This document shows positions 22,109 to 34,671 of a stretch of 64,000 bases of DNA, one piece after another. The DNA lies in assembly GCF_018977255.1 (NCBI RefSeq), contig NW_024704742.1, positions 128,714,001 through 128,778,000 of the forward strand, in the 5' to 3' direction. The translations under genes and the position numbers were made by a program. A model generated the notes under the pieces. It saw only the letters and a list, made by a program, of their open reading frames with translations. It did not search any database and was not told where the DNA came from. Position 1 is the stretch's first letter; the number at the start of each line of letters is the position of its first letter. This stretch comes from Callorhinchus milii (lineage: Eukaryota).

Positions 22109-22812
22109 ATAGAATCATAGAATTATACAGCACAGAAGGAGGCCATTCGGCCCATCATGTCTGTGCCGGGGATTTGAAAAGAGCTACCCAAATCAATCCC
22201 ACTCCCCCGCTCCCTCCCCATAGCCCTGCAAACTTGTCCTCCCCCAAATAATTATCTACTTTTCTCTTAAAAGTTGTTATCGAATCGGCTTCCACCACCC
22301 TTGCAGGCAATGCATTCCAGATCCAAACAACTCGCTGTGTGAAAACATTTCTGCTCACCTCCCCTCTGTTTCCTTTAACAACTATTTTAAATTGGTATCC
22401 TCGGATTATCGACCCACCCGCCAGTGGAAATAGTTTCTCATTGTTCACCCTATCGAATCCCCTCATAATTTTGAAAACTTCTATTAAGTCTCCTCTTAAT
22501 CTTCTCTACTCCAAGGAGAATAATCCTAGCTTCTCTAGTCTCTCCTGATAACTGAAGTCCCTCATTCCTGGTACCATCCTGGTAAATCTCCTTTGCACCC
22601 TCCCCAATGCCTTGACTTCCTTCCTAAAGCATGGTGCCCAAAACTGAACACAATACTCTAGCTGAAGCCTAACCAGTGTTTTATAAAGTTTTAAACAGCT
22701 GGCACAGACACGATGGGCCGAATGGCCTCCTTCTGTGCTGTATAATTCTATGATTCTGTGATCATAATTTCCTGACTTTTGTATTCTATGCCCCTATTTA
22801 TAAATACTAGTG
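22109..22812 (-). mobile_element. CR1 fragment with an internal inverted CR1 3'-end insert (22694-22760)
   Basis: Minus-strand GIEYKSQEIM..KLYKTLVRLQLEYCVQFWAP...MRGFDRVNNEKLFPL..FTQRVVWIWNALP, with an (ATTCTATG) tail. Confidence 0.93.
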
Positions 22813-23774
22813 TCCGGTATTCTAATATCTCTCCCTTTTTCTCTTTCATTCTCTGTCTCATGTCCACAGCCATTTAAGTTCATCTGAATCTACTGAGTGT
22901 AGGCAAACCATTAGAATAAGGTAGCCATAAAAAGATTCTTTAAAGAAAACATCTTATTTTCATTTTATACTTTATTGTAATATTCCTCTATTCCATCTTG
23001 CCCTCTTTCTGTCTTTAAGTCTCATCTTTGAATGTACCTATGGTCACCTCCCCCAAGTGTCCAACCCCATTACTGTGAAGTGCACTGAGACGTTGGCCTA
23101 TATGAAGGGTGCTATATAAATGTAACTCAATGTTATTGTTTTTGATATATCACCTTTCATTTCAAGAGGACGTCTCAAAGTGCTTCACAGGATTTACAAT
23201 AAAATATCGGGACTGTGTATTTTGTGAGCAAAACATACTAAGTTAAGGACAGCTGCCATGTTCAAATTCATTAATATTGCTTTAAATACACCTGTTTCTT
23301 TGTTAATACAGTTTCATTTTCTGTATCATTCCTATCAGTGGTATTAAAGGATTACTTAAATCATGTTTACTGACATTCACTGATAAATATCTGTTTTTTG
23401 GGAGAAAGTTAATTGTTGAAACAAATTCATCTTAATTTCTACATTAAAAAACAGAATTCACTGAGGTTCTTTGGGTGATCATGATGCTGCACACACATCC
23501 GGAAACTCACTACCATCCACTGCCAGGTCAAGGAACCCATGTGTAATGTGATTTATTCGAGGGTAAACCAGTTCCAGGTAGGTCAGGAGTTCACATGCAT
23601 CCCAAACTCCACCCACCCTACTGCAATATTTTCACTACAGGACTTGGAACTCATGTGGTCTAAGCTGATACTCCAATGCAGTGCTGGGGGGAGCTGTGCT
23701 GCATTGTTGGAAGTGCAGTTCTTCGGATAAGACATTTTCTGCCTGTTCAGGCACTATTCGAAAAGAGAATTGGT

Positions 23775-24122
23775 CATTCACTTCAACTTTAAGATCCTCA
23801 CACTCATGTTCAAATCCCTTAACTCTCTGGCACCTCTCCACCTCTCCAATCTCCTCACTCCCCAATCCACCACCTCTGTTCGACTGGCACTGGCCTCCTA
23901 CTCATCCCTCACATGTGCTTTTAGTCACTATGCCCCTGAAACTCTGGAACACTCTCCCTTAATCCTCTGCCTTGTCCCCTCTCCCCTTTTTCAAGCCCGC
24001 CTGAAAACCTTCCTCTTCGACCATGCTTACGGTCACCTCACCCCCACCAGGCTTGAAGTTAGGCTCTGCCACTGAGATGCTGGGTGGAGGGCGCTATATA
24101 AGTGCAAGTTGTCGTTGTCGTT
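23775..24122 (+). mobile_element. L2 3' fragment
   Basis: FKILTLMFKSLNSLAP...RLKTFLFDHAY plus tail. Confidence 0.85.
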
Positions 24123-24212
24123 GAACAGCTGTTTGTTCAGTACACAAATTGGCTGCCATATTTACCTGCATATCATACAGTCACTCAACTTTGCAGTGAA
24201 AGGCACTATATT

Positions 24213-24530
24213 GGAGTCCTGTAGCTCAGTGGTTAGAGCACTCGCTTTGCAAGTGAGAGACCTGAGTTTAATTCCAGGCAGAGGGCGAAACCTTGGGCAA
24301 GTTTCCTTACTCCACACGCCTAATAATAATCCCTCCAAAAACCAAAAACAATAATAAATTGGTCATTTTCAATCTACGACTGTTTGTGGGACATTGCTGT
24401 GCGCAATTGGCTGCCGCGTTCGCCCACAAATATACACTCAATTCACTTTACAGTGTGTTCTGTGAAGCGCTTTGGGACGTCCTCCCGACGTGAAAAGCGC
24501 TATATCAAATGCAAGGATTATTATTATTAT
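24213..24530 (+). mobile_element. Young tRNA-derived SINE, full length, with TATATT target-site duplication
   Basis: TATATT at 24207-24212 and again at 24528-24533. Confidence 0.95.
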
Positions 24531-24669
24531 ATTAAATGTAGGTATTATTATTATTGTTTTATTAATTATTATTTTGTTGTTGTTTTATTATTGTTATTAT
24601 TAATGTTAATAAGGCTTGGCAAAGTTTTAAAGTTTATAAAAAGGTTGTGTTCTGCATTTTTCACGTTTG

Positions 24670-24872
24670 TACAACAACAACTTGGATTTATATAGCGCCC
24701 TCCACGCCAGACGGCGTCTCAGAGCGTTTCACAGTAACGGATCTCAGGTCCGAGCCAGGGGGAGGGGGAGAAAGGTGACCAAAGGCGCGGTTGAAAAGAA
24801 AGGTCTTCAGCCGAGACCTGAAAGTGGGAAGAGAGAGGGCGAGACGAAGAGAGTGAGAAAGTGAGTTCCAGA
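24670..24872 (-). mobile_element. L2 3' end (same family as 7977 and 37735)
   Basis: Nearly identical to 7977-8180. Confidence 0.9.
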
Positions 24873-25929
24873 GTAGTCTGGTTGTAGTCTCATTGGGGGT
24901 TAAAGAAACTAAAAACTTATCTCTTTGACTGCCTGTCTGCTTTCCCTCATCCTCTCCTTCCGACCTTACTCATGTGTTTTGCACATCTCCCATGTAAAGT
25001 GCTGATAGATGGTCTCCTTTGCATTATATGAGTGTAAGTTTGTGGTAATTAATGAAAAACATTGATCTAATTGGTCCTAGAGTTGAGACGTAATCCAAGG
25101 TTCCGTCTGCCTGTTCAGGTGGATGTTAAATTTCCATGGCACATTTCAAAAAGTGAAATGAGTTTCTCCTAGAGTCCTGGCTAACAATCCTTCAGATAAA
25201 AAAAGTTATTAACTTTATGGCTGTTTCTGGCACATTTATGTACGCACATTGGCTTCCCAATTCACCTACAAATACACAGAAAGTTCTGTGAATTGCTCTA
25301 AGATGTTTCAATGAGTCTTATTATTATTATCATTATTAATTATGATATTATTGTATTATTGTCATATCATATTAATCCTTGCATTTGACTTACCATCTCA
25401 TCACGTCATTGAGACGTCTCAAAGGGCTTCACAGGAATGAAAGGATCATTGTTATAATTGTGAAACTTTGTGAAGCTTACCATGGCCTTTTGAGATTTCT
25501 AGACTGACAGAAGATACTGACTTAACACTCGAACCAGTGTATTAAAAGCTCTGGATTATGTTACTGTAATAACGGACATTGACATAAAAAAATACTAAAA
25601 ATAAAAACAGACCCGAAACTCGGCTCAGAGTTTCCTAATGTGGTTAATGTGTAGCATTTTGGTATCCAGATATCTAGCTTCATTGCAATCATTTTTTAAA
25701 AATAAAACTGCACCTAATTTTGATCATATTGCAAACAAATAAAGCGCAGGATTGTAGACATACTCTATGCTGTGCTCCAATAAATTGTTTCCCAGTACTA
25801 TTGTAGTTGTCTTCAATTCTCTCTACTAAATAGAAAAACAAAGCAAGTCAAGAATGTGATTATAAAAGCTCCATAATTATCAACTGGAATGATTTTCAAT
25901 CTTTGTTTTAGTTGCAACATAATGGAGCT

Positions 25930-26490
25930 GGCAGGCCACAGAGGCAATGCAGAGGAGAGCAATGAGGATAATCCCTAGTGTTAAGAAGAATGAGCTATTA
26001 GTAAAGATTGGACAAGATAGAACTCTTCAGTCTTGATAGGAGACATTGAACAGCTCAGCACTTAGACAGTCTTCCAAAATGGTTATATAAATTGCTCCAC
26101 AAAAATACATAAAACGAATCACAAAACTTAACGTTTTCATGTTCTAGGATACTACCCTATGTGAGTGTCAAGTTGTTGTTGTCAGGCATTTTTTTTAAAT
26201 GACATTGAAAAAGTAAACCCAGAACAATAGTCTAAGATGCAACAAGGCAGTAGAATAAGAGGGTACATATTTAAAGTTGCAAAGGACAATTTTAAGTCAG
26301 ACACCAAGAAATATTTATTTACCCAGAGGGTAATTAATGAACGAAATAGGTTGCTGGGAAAGGTAGTTGACGCCAGGATTTTCTAATCATATTTTAAAAA
26401 AAGCTGGAATGCTGCAATGGGAAGATGGTAGGGTGTGCATTCTGGAACAATGAGGTCAAATGGATTGAAGGGCTTCCTTCATCTGAACTA
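25930..26490 (+). mobile_element. Highly degenerate CR1 remnants
   Basis: GCAGAGGAGAGCAATGAGGATAATC and AAATATTTATTTACCCAGAGGGTAATTAATG motifs. Confidence 0.6.
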
Positions 26491-26994
26491 ATGTTACTAT
26501 TTGAAATAACTTACCTTTGCCCTTTGCTGAGGCATCAAGGTTCCTATTCTTGAAACTGTAGCTGTAATTACAAATTTCCTATACATGGAAACACACAGAG
26601 AAACGCACATAAGAAAGGTTAGGCCCTGGAGAATTAGATACGTAAAATATAAGTGCATTGTTTTTGCAGGTTATGGTGCTCTCTAATTGTCTAAATCCTG
26701 ACATACATTTTTTCCATTCCTTTTCTGATCTCAAAGTCCACGCTCTTTCTGCAATGTTGGTAATCCAGTGTAGTGTGGGAAAAATGAAACTGAATCCCAA
26801 CTCTCACTCCACGGTGCATCACATCATCGTTTCAGGCAGACCTGCCTTGCCTATCTGGATTAGGGTCATCAATAGCATGTGTATGTCACATAAAATCTAA
26901 TTGTTGGTGCACTTTTATAGTAACGCACGCATTCAGGACACTTTTAAACAATATACAATAACTAGCACAGACTTTACTTACCAACCACAAGACT

Positions 26995-27700
26995 TTACTT
27001 TCTCCCCCACATCCAAGCCATGACCCGCTCTGCCTTCCCTCACTTCCATAACATCGCCCGACTCCGCCACTACCTCACCCCTCAGGCCGCTGAAACTCTT
27101 GTTCATGCCTTCATCATCTTCAGGCTCAAAGATGCAAATATCCTGCCTGTCGGCCTTCCCAACTCCTCCCTCCACAGGCTGCAGATAATCCAGATCTCTG
27201 CAGCCCGTGTCCTCTCCCGCCCCAAACTCCGTGACCCCATCTCCCCCACTCTCGCCCAACTCCATTGGCTCCCTATCCTTCAGAGGATCCAGTTCAAGAT
27301 CCTGGTCCTCACATACAAAGCCCTCCATGGCCTCGCCCCACCCTACCTCTGTGACCTGCTAATCCCCTACCAACCCGCCAGTTCCCTCCGCTCAGCCGGC
27401 TCTGGCTGCTCCACGATCCCTGACCCACTCGCCCTACCATTGGCAGGAGAGCCTTCAGCCACTCTGCCCCCAACCTCTGGAATTTCATCCCCAATCACTC
27501 TGCCTCACCCCCTCCTTAGCCTCCTTCAAGTCCCGCCTCAAGACCCTCCTCTTCGACCATGTTATCGGCCACCACCCTTCCCCTCCCCTCCCTTCTCCCC
27601 CCCAACCTCAGCTCGGGTCTGAAATGCTGTACACTGTCCAGCGTCTTGGGACGTCCTCCCGACATGAAAGCCGCTATACAAATGTAATGTTGTTGTTGTT
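26995..27700 (+). mobile_element. L2 3' fragment
   Basis: ORF 27020-27622 contains IARLRHYLTPQAAETLVHAF...LHWLPILQRIQFKILVLTYKALHGLAPPYL; (TTG)n tail. Confidence 0.95.
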
Positions 27701-28545
27701 GAAATATTCTGCTGGAATATTTACCTAAAAAGAGTATGCTTATTATTACTATTACATTTAGCCCCTGGATTATACAATGTCATTGCATTGATCTTCTTGC
27801 TCTGTGAGCTGGTGTGGACTCGATTGGCAAAATGGTCTTCTTCTTTGCTGTGGATTTCAATGTTTCTATGTGCAAACGGTTTCACAAAGAATTTATTGAC
27901 TATCTTAATTTGCATAATATACACTTGGAGTCATTTTGTCATATTTCTCTCTTCAATATATTCTAAACCCATTTTAAGAATAAAAAGTACTTCGGCTGGA
28001 GCACTGAGCTCCGCAACACATTAGCAGTACACAAGTATACCCCTGTGAGTACATCATTCAACCATACTATATTCTTAATCCCAGTGGTTATCATTGATAG
28101 ATGACAGAATAGAACAGATGCTTGCTTTAAGCAGCCAGTGTTGGTTATTTCAGCTTCTGTGAAGTGTAACCTTGTTGGTATAGCAACATTACACCTATCA
28201 ACATTTTATTTATTAAAGCAAGACTGGGAGAAACAGAGAGCTGTCTGATGGAGGAATATTTTGTAGGCAGTACAATTTCATCCCTTAAACCATTTAAGAG
28301 TGAGTCCAGAAAGCATTTCTTCACACAATGCGTTCCGAGAATGTGGAATGGGCTATTCAGAGGCCCTACACAGAATCTATCAAGTTTTTGTTTAAAGGGG
28401 AGTTAGATAGATTAAGTAATATGAAGAAATGGTAGGGGAATGGGATTAATCTGTGAAGTAAAGAAATGGTGAAGCAGAAATAGTCTAAATATTCTACTCC
28501 TGTTCACTGTCCAATATGTTTACAGCTCATTGCTAGAACAGATCG

Positions 28546-28830
28546 TTTTGGGTCAGCCGAGCATCTGACACATGTGGAAATCCAAGTGTATCCAAACGAG
28601 ACAGTTTTACATATGTACGTCATCTACCAAGAGTGTGTATTGGGGTACTCCTGCAGTTTAATCAGCTAAAACTGCACAGCTTGCCAGTTGAGGCACTGTC
28701 TGGCAAGCTTCCCACTGGTTGTCCAGTTAGAACCACCCTATCTGCTAGGGTTTTAGCTTGGAGGAAAGCAGTGGAGAGAATCTCTGCTGCCAATGACCAA
28801 GCAGGAACCATTTTTATCAAGGCAGCAGAA
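28546..28830 (+). mobile_element. Unclassified interspersed repeat, partial copy
   Basis: TTTTGGGTCAGCCGAGCATCTGACACATGTGGAAA start shared with the copies at 30143, 34972 and 40988. Orientation is arbitrary. Confidence 0.8.
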
Positions 28831-28982
28831 CACTCCCAGGCCTCTGAAACTGATTTTAAGCATCTTTAAACCTAATAACCTTAAATCTTTTAAATTGATT
28901 GAAATTTGTTTAGTTGTTTAGTTCATTTCCCCCCCACTATTAATCATGTTAATCTGCTCAAAATGCCGATCAAACTTTTAGA

Positions 28983-29400
28983 TGTCAGGCAGACTCAGTT
29001 GGTAGCATTTTCACCTCAGAGTCAGAGGTTCTGGGTTCAAGCTCCACATTGGGACTTTGATCTCAATCTAGGCTGACACTCCAATACAGTGCTGGGGGAA
29101 CGTTGCATAAGTGGAGATGCCAAATCTCAAATGAGATGTCAAACTGATATCCCACCTGCCCGTTCAGGTGAATATTAAAGATCCTATGGCACTATTTAAA
29201 AACTGAGTAGATTTTCTTCTGGTGTCCTAGCCAACCGTCACTCAGATAGAATTGGTCATTCATTTCATAATTATTTGCTGCATTTTGCTATGCTTATGTT
29301 AGCATCTCGCTTTTGCCTACCAAATACACAGCCACTACACTTTACAGTAAAATCCTGTGAGGCTCCTTGAGATGACCTCCTGAGGTGAAGGCTCTGAACC
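28983..29400 (+). mobile_element. Old full-length DeuSINE (tRNA head, complete Deu domain and tail)
   Basis: A box (GACTCAGTTGG), B box (GGTTCAAGCTCC), TAGGCTGACACTCC, GTTCAGGTGAATATTAAAGATCCTATGGCACTATTT. Confidence 0.85.
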
Positions 29401-30142
29401 GAAAGCAAGAATGGTCATGATTATAAAGTAATTTAAAATACGTCACCTTGCATCTAATGTGAAGACATTCTTGAAATTTATACAAAAAGTTTGGCCAAAA
29501 TAAATTTCCCAAACCTTTAAAAATCTTAAATGCCTGTATGAAGTTCACCATAACGTTCTCTGTTCAAGAGAGAAAGGCACCAGGGTAATTAACCTTTCCC
29601 TATAATTGTGTCCTCCAAATTTAGGAATTAATCTAGTAGCCAATGCTGCCGTTGTTCCAACATATGATATGTAACTTGGCTCGGTAACCACTTTCTAATA
29701 CTCATTCGAGAGGTCTGCTGATTTACATTTATTGCTCCTCTTGACATTCAAAAACAAAAAGGTTTTTATGTTAAAATAGGCAAGTTCAGATTTCTAACTT
29801 CTCAGTTATAAACAAGGGATCACAGCTTGGTTGAACTCACAAGAGATTTCTGAATTCCTGTCTCTCGCTCTGAGATTAGAGAGATGGAACGATTGTCCAA
29901 AGAAAGCGAGCAAAGGAACTTAAAATTCCCAGTTGCCCATTTCTGGTCGGCAGCCACAATTGCATCCACTCTTCCTTACAATCAGTCAAGTAATTAACGA
30001 GAATTAAACCACAGATGGAACGATTGTTTAGCAGCATTTTTTTTAGATAAGATACACAAACTATGCCTGCTGCTTGTCCATGCTGAGGCACTGATATGGA
30101 GGGAGGAAGTTGTGAAATTTATAACAGTTTTAACAAAAACCT

Positions 30143-31037
30143 TTTGGGGGGGTTCAGCCGAGTGTTTGACACATACAGAAACCCATCACCACGCTTAACA
30201 GTATCCAAACTAAACAGAGAGTTGCATGCATCCCACCTACATATGGAAATTCCAGAGATATTTATTGGAATGGAATGCACACTTTCTCCCCAGAGGGACG
30301 CCTCCTGCTTACCTAATTCCAGAAAATATTAGGCGCGGATTGGCCAGAGCCAAGGCTTGGGGAACCCCAGTGTGTTTGTTAGGGTACTGCTGGAGTCTAA
30401 CCAGTTAAATCCGCATAGCTTGTAATTGAGAACACTGCCTGGCGAACTGTCCTGTTGCTTTTCCAACTAGGACTACCCTGCCCATTAGGGCTTTAGCTTG
30501 CAGGGTTAACAGACACTGAGTGGGAAGAGTACCTGCCCCAATGACTTGTCTACCCTGTGTACCCTGTCAATGAGCCAGGCTGGCTGGGCTGTCATCAGCA
30601 CTGCCCTGGAGTAGCGAGAACCTGCCTGGATCAAGAATTGGACTCCTGAGACCGCCACAGAGAATGGCTCGATTCTGACATTCCATTGCCAAACATGTCA
30701 TCTTGGAGCCAGTTCAGCTTCAGCATGATGGGCGGACCTTTATAGGACAGCTTGTGACTTGCCTGTCACCCTGATGTTCTCAAGATCCAAGTCCATTGAT
30801 GTGTACCAGACTTCCACAGCATCAGCTGCTTAATCCAGATTCTCATGTGAGGGACCTTGTCTCCTGTGAAGCCGACTCTGCCTCCAGGGTGCTTAGCGAC
30901 AACTCAGTGTAGGCTGGAGCCCTCCCTCCCCATAGCTACTTCCTGTGTTTGCCACAAATCCACCTCACTGCTTGATCCTGGATATGCCACCGGCTTGACC
31001 TGCATTGGGACCTTGCTCTCCTTGAGGAGAGACTACA
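30143..31037 (+). mobile_element. Unclassified interspersed repeat, longest copy (~890 bp)
   Basis: Colinear with 40988-41602, plus a ~270-bp extra segment before the shared end. Confidence 0.82.
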
Positions 31038-31039
31038 CA

Positions 31040-31590
31040 ACCAACAACAACAAATTACATTTGTATAGCACCTTTCACGTCAGGAGGGCATCCCAAGCTG
31101 CTGGACAGTCAGGGATCCATACCCGAGCTGGTGGTTGGGATCAGGAGGGGTGGAGGGTGGGGAGGGTAGGGGTAAGAGGGTGACTGAAGGCATGGTCGTA
31201 GAGAAAGGTCTTGAGACGGGTCTTGAAGGAGGCAAAGCAGGGGTAAGGTGGAGGGACTGTGGGATGGAGTTCCAGAGGGTGGGAGCAGAGAGGCTGAAGG
31301 CCCGCCCGGCAATGGGGCGGGCAAGGCGGGGATGAGAAACAGGTGGAACGGAGCGAGTAGACAAGTTGTTAGGGGTTTAGGAGGTGACAGAGGTAGGGAG
31401 GAGCAAGACTGTGGAAGGCTTTGAAGGTGAGGACCAGGATCTTGAACTGTATCCTCTGAGTGATGGGGACACAGTGAAGCTGGCGAGGATGGGGATGATA
31501 GAGTCGTGGAGCCTAGCACAGGAGAGGGCACAAGCTGAGTACTTGGATGATCTGCAGCCTGTGGAGGGAGGAGTTGGAGAGGCTGACAAA
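31040..31590 (-). mobile_element. L2 3' fragment
   Basis: L2 tail and C-terminal remnant. Confidence 0.9.
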
Positions 31591-31961
31591 AAACAGCCTC
31601 TGGCTCTGTACAGTCTTTCAGGACAGTCCAGGCAATTTAGTAATAAACTGGACCTTTGGGTAAAGGGTTTCAGACAAGAAAATACATAACAGTTTAGAAA
31701 TAGAGAAATAGATATTTAGTTTACAATTCAAATACAAATTGCATTACAAAATCAATTAAGAATACATTTCATGATCCACAATATTATTATTCCATATTTC
31801 ATAAACATTGAATATTTTGCTACGTGAAAAGATTATGGCAAAAATCTAACACTGTAATCTTAAATATGTGTAAAATATATAGTTTGCAAAATACACTATC
31901 ACTCCAGTAAATCCTGTGAAGCCCTTTGAGCCGTCCTTCCGATGTGAAAGGGGCTATATTT

Positions 31962-32284
31962 GTGGAGTCCTGTAGCTCAGTGGTTAGAGCACTCGCTTTG
32001 CAAGTGAGAGACCTGGGTTCAATTCCAGGCAGAGGGCGAAACCTTGGGCAAGTTTCCTTACTCCACACGCCTAATAATAATCCCTCCAAAATAAAAAAAA
32101 ACAATAATAAATTGGTCATTTTCAATCTACGACTGTTTGTGGGACATTGCTGTGCGCAATTGGCTGCCGCGTTCGCCCACAAATATACAGTCAATTCACT
32201 TTACAGTCTATTCTGTAAAGCGCTTTGGGACGTCCTCCCGACGTGAAAAGCGCTATATCAAATGCAAGGATTATTATTATTATT
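31962..32284 (+). mobile_element. Young tRNA-derived SINE, full length
   Basis: Near-identical to the copy at 24213. Confidence 0.95.
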
Positions 32285-33642
32285 AAATGTCAAATTTAAG
32301 AATTTTTAAATTTAATATAATTATGACACAGCTTCGATTTTTTTATCTGATATAATATTTAAATGATAAACAGTATTTATTGCTTGTTCATTTTATTAAT
32401 TCTTCACTTTTTGTAAGAATTGTTTTATGGGGAAATTGACTGCTGGATGACTCTGAGTGATTTGCCAGCAATAAAATGTTCTGTAGCTTTATAATAATTT
32501 ATGATCAGACATCGTAAGAATAAACACCCCTTCCATACAGAGGTCTGCAAGACCTTTCTAAGAGCCTGCATAATAAATGTTCATTTTCCCTGGAACGTCT
32601 CAAGTTTGTTGAAAATACACTGAAAGGGCTTCCAAAGGAAAAGGCAACAAGCAGCAGGGCTGTCTGCACTGTGACAAGGAAAACATAAAGCTCTTTCAGG
32701 GGCCATCTAAAAAAATGCACAGGGTAAGTGTAAAACATTTCTAAAACATTGGCTGCTAATATTCCTGTTTGTATTTTGAATGCGGCAGAATTTTCTCAAC
32801 ATGATATTCAGTGTTGCCACATTTTAAGCCTTTAAAGGATAACAAATTGGTGGCTGCGTGACAAATGGGCAATTGCTTACAGGCAATTTTGGCAAATGTA
32901 TCTGAATGCTGAGCTGACAAAGTATGGGACTTGCAATTTTAAAATAATGTTAATGGTACAGTAACACATATAGAAACATTTTGTGCAGTGTGCCTGCTGC
33001 ATTGTCAGTTTTCTATCTTTGAATCCTATTTTTCTGTTTTAACCCCGTACTTTCCTTTATCTCTTTTAAACACCTCAACTGAATCTACAACAATGAGATT
33101 GAATGTTGTGGGTGTTTACAATCAATTAACTTTACAGTATATTCTATGAAGTGCTTTGAGACGTCTCAACGATGTGATAAGGCACTACAGCAACAACAAC
33201 AAATCAAAGGATTATTATTATTGAAAAAACACTCAAATGGCATAACTGTTGAGTAAAGCAGTAAAGAGTAAAGCACACATGAATGTAAGCTGTGTTTTCT
33301 GCAAAGAAAGCATAAACACAATGCCAAATGGTGGGAATTTCCCCTGACCCAGGACCAGGTAGTGTGGTGTCCCAGAGTGACCTGCCAGAATGATATGCAG
33401 AAAATGCAGCTTAAGTCATTGGCGCTTTTTCCATTGGAAACACAACATTTTTGCTGCCCTGGCATATTTTCAGTTCCTACGGTCTCTTCAGAGAACACAT
33501 ACATGAGGGAGAAGAGAATGGAGGACTTTGGGAGAGGGGATTAGGTGGGGTTGAGGATAACCTGGAGTATTTTAGCACAGCTCAATTGGCCGAATGGCCC
33601 AGTTCTATACTGAAATAATCTTTGTAATGCCATATTACAACA

Positions 33643-34671
33643 TGGCATCCTGTAGTTTAGTGGTTAGAGCATTTGCCTTGCAAGCGAAGGACCTGGGTTT
33701 GATTCCCAGCTGGGCAAAATGTTGAGCAAACTTCCTTACTCCATACTCCTCTGTTTACCTAGCAGTAAGTAAGAACCCGGTTGTCAGTCGATTGGCAGTC
33801 GCTTTTCCAGGGATAATAACTCCTTCAAAATAAATTTAAATAATTTGGTCACTCAATCCATGACTGTTTGTGGGACACTGCTATACACAATTGGTTGCCC
33901 ATTTTGCCCACAAAATATACAGTCAATTCATTTTACAACAACAGCAACAACAAAATTACATTTGTATAGCGCCTTTCACGTTGGGAGGCACTGGACAATC
34001 AGTGTTTTGGACACAAACTGGGGGTCAGGATCGGGGAGAGTGGAGGGCAGGGGGGGAAGGAGGGTGTTCAAGGGCATGGTCGAAGAGGTGGATCTTGAGA
34101 CGGGTTTTGAAGGAGGCAAGGGAGGGAGCGACGTGGAAGGACTGCAGACTGGAGTTCCAGAGGGTGGGGGCAGAGTGGCTGAAGGTTCGCCGCTGAGTGG
34201 AGGGAGTGGGCAGGATGGTAGGGTTTAGGAGGTCACAGAGGTCATGGGGAGCAAGGCCATGAAGGGCTTTGAAGGTGAGGACCAGGATCTTGAACTGTAT
34301 CCTCTGGTAGCCAATGGAGTCAGGGGAGGATGGGGTTGATAGGGTCACAGCGACTGGTGTGGGAGAGGACACCGGCTGCAGAGTTCTGGATGATCTCCAG
34401 CCTATGGAGGGAGTAGATGGGGAGGCTGACAAGCAGGGAGTTTGCATAGTCAAGCCTGGACGTTATGAATTCGTGTATGAGGGTCTCGGCGGCCTGCGAT
34501 GTGAGACAGTAGCAAAGCCGGACGATGTTAAGGAGGTGGGGGAAGGCAGAATGGGTCATTGCATGGATGTGGTGTAGAAAGTTTAGTTCAGGGTCAAACA
34601 AGATACCAAGTTCCGGACTGGCTCTTTGAGACATCTCAAAGACATGATAAGGCACTATATCAAATGCAAGG

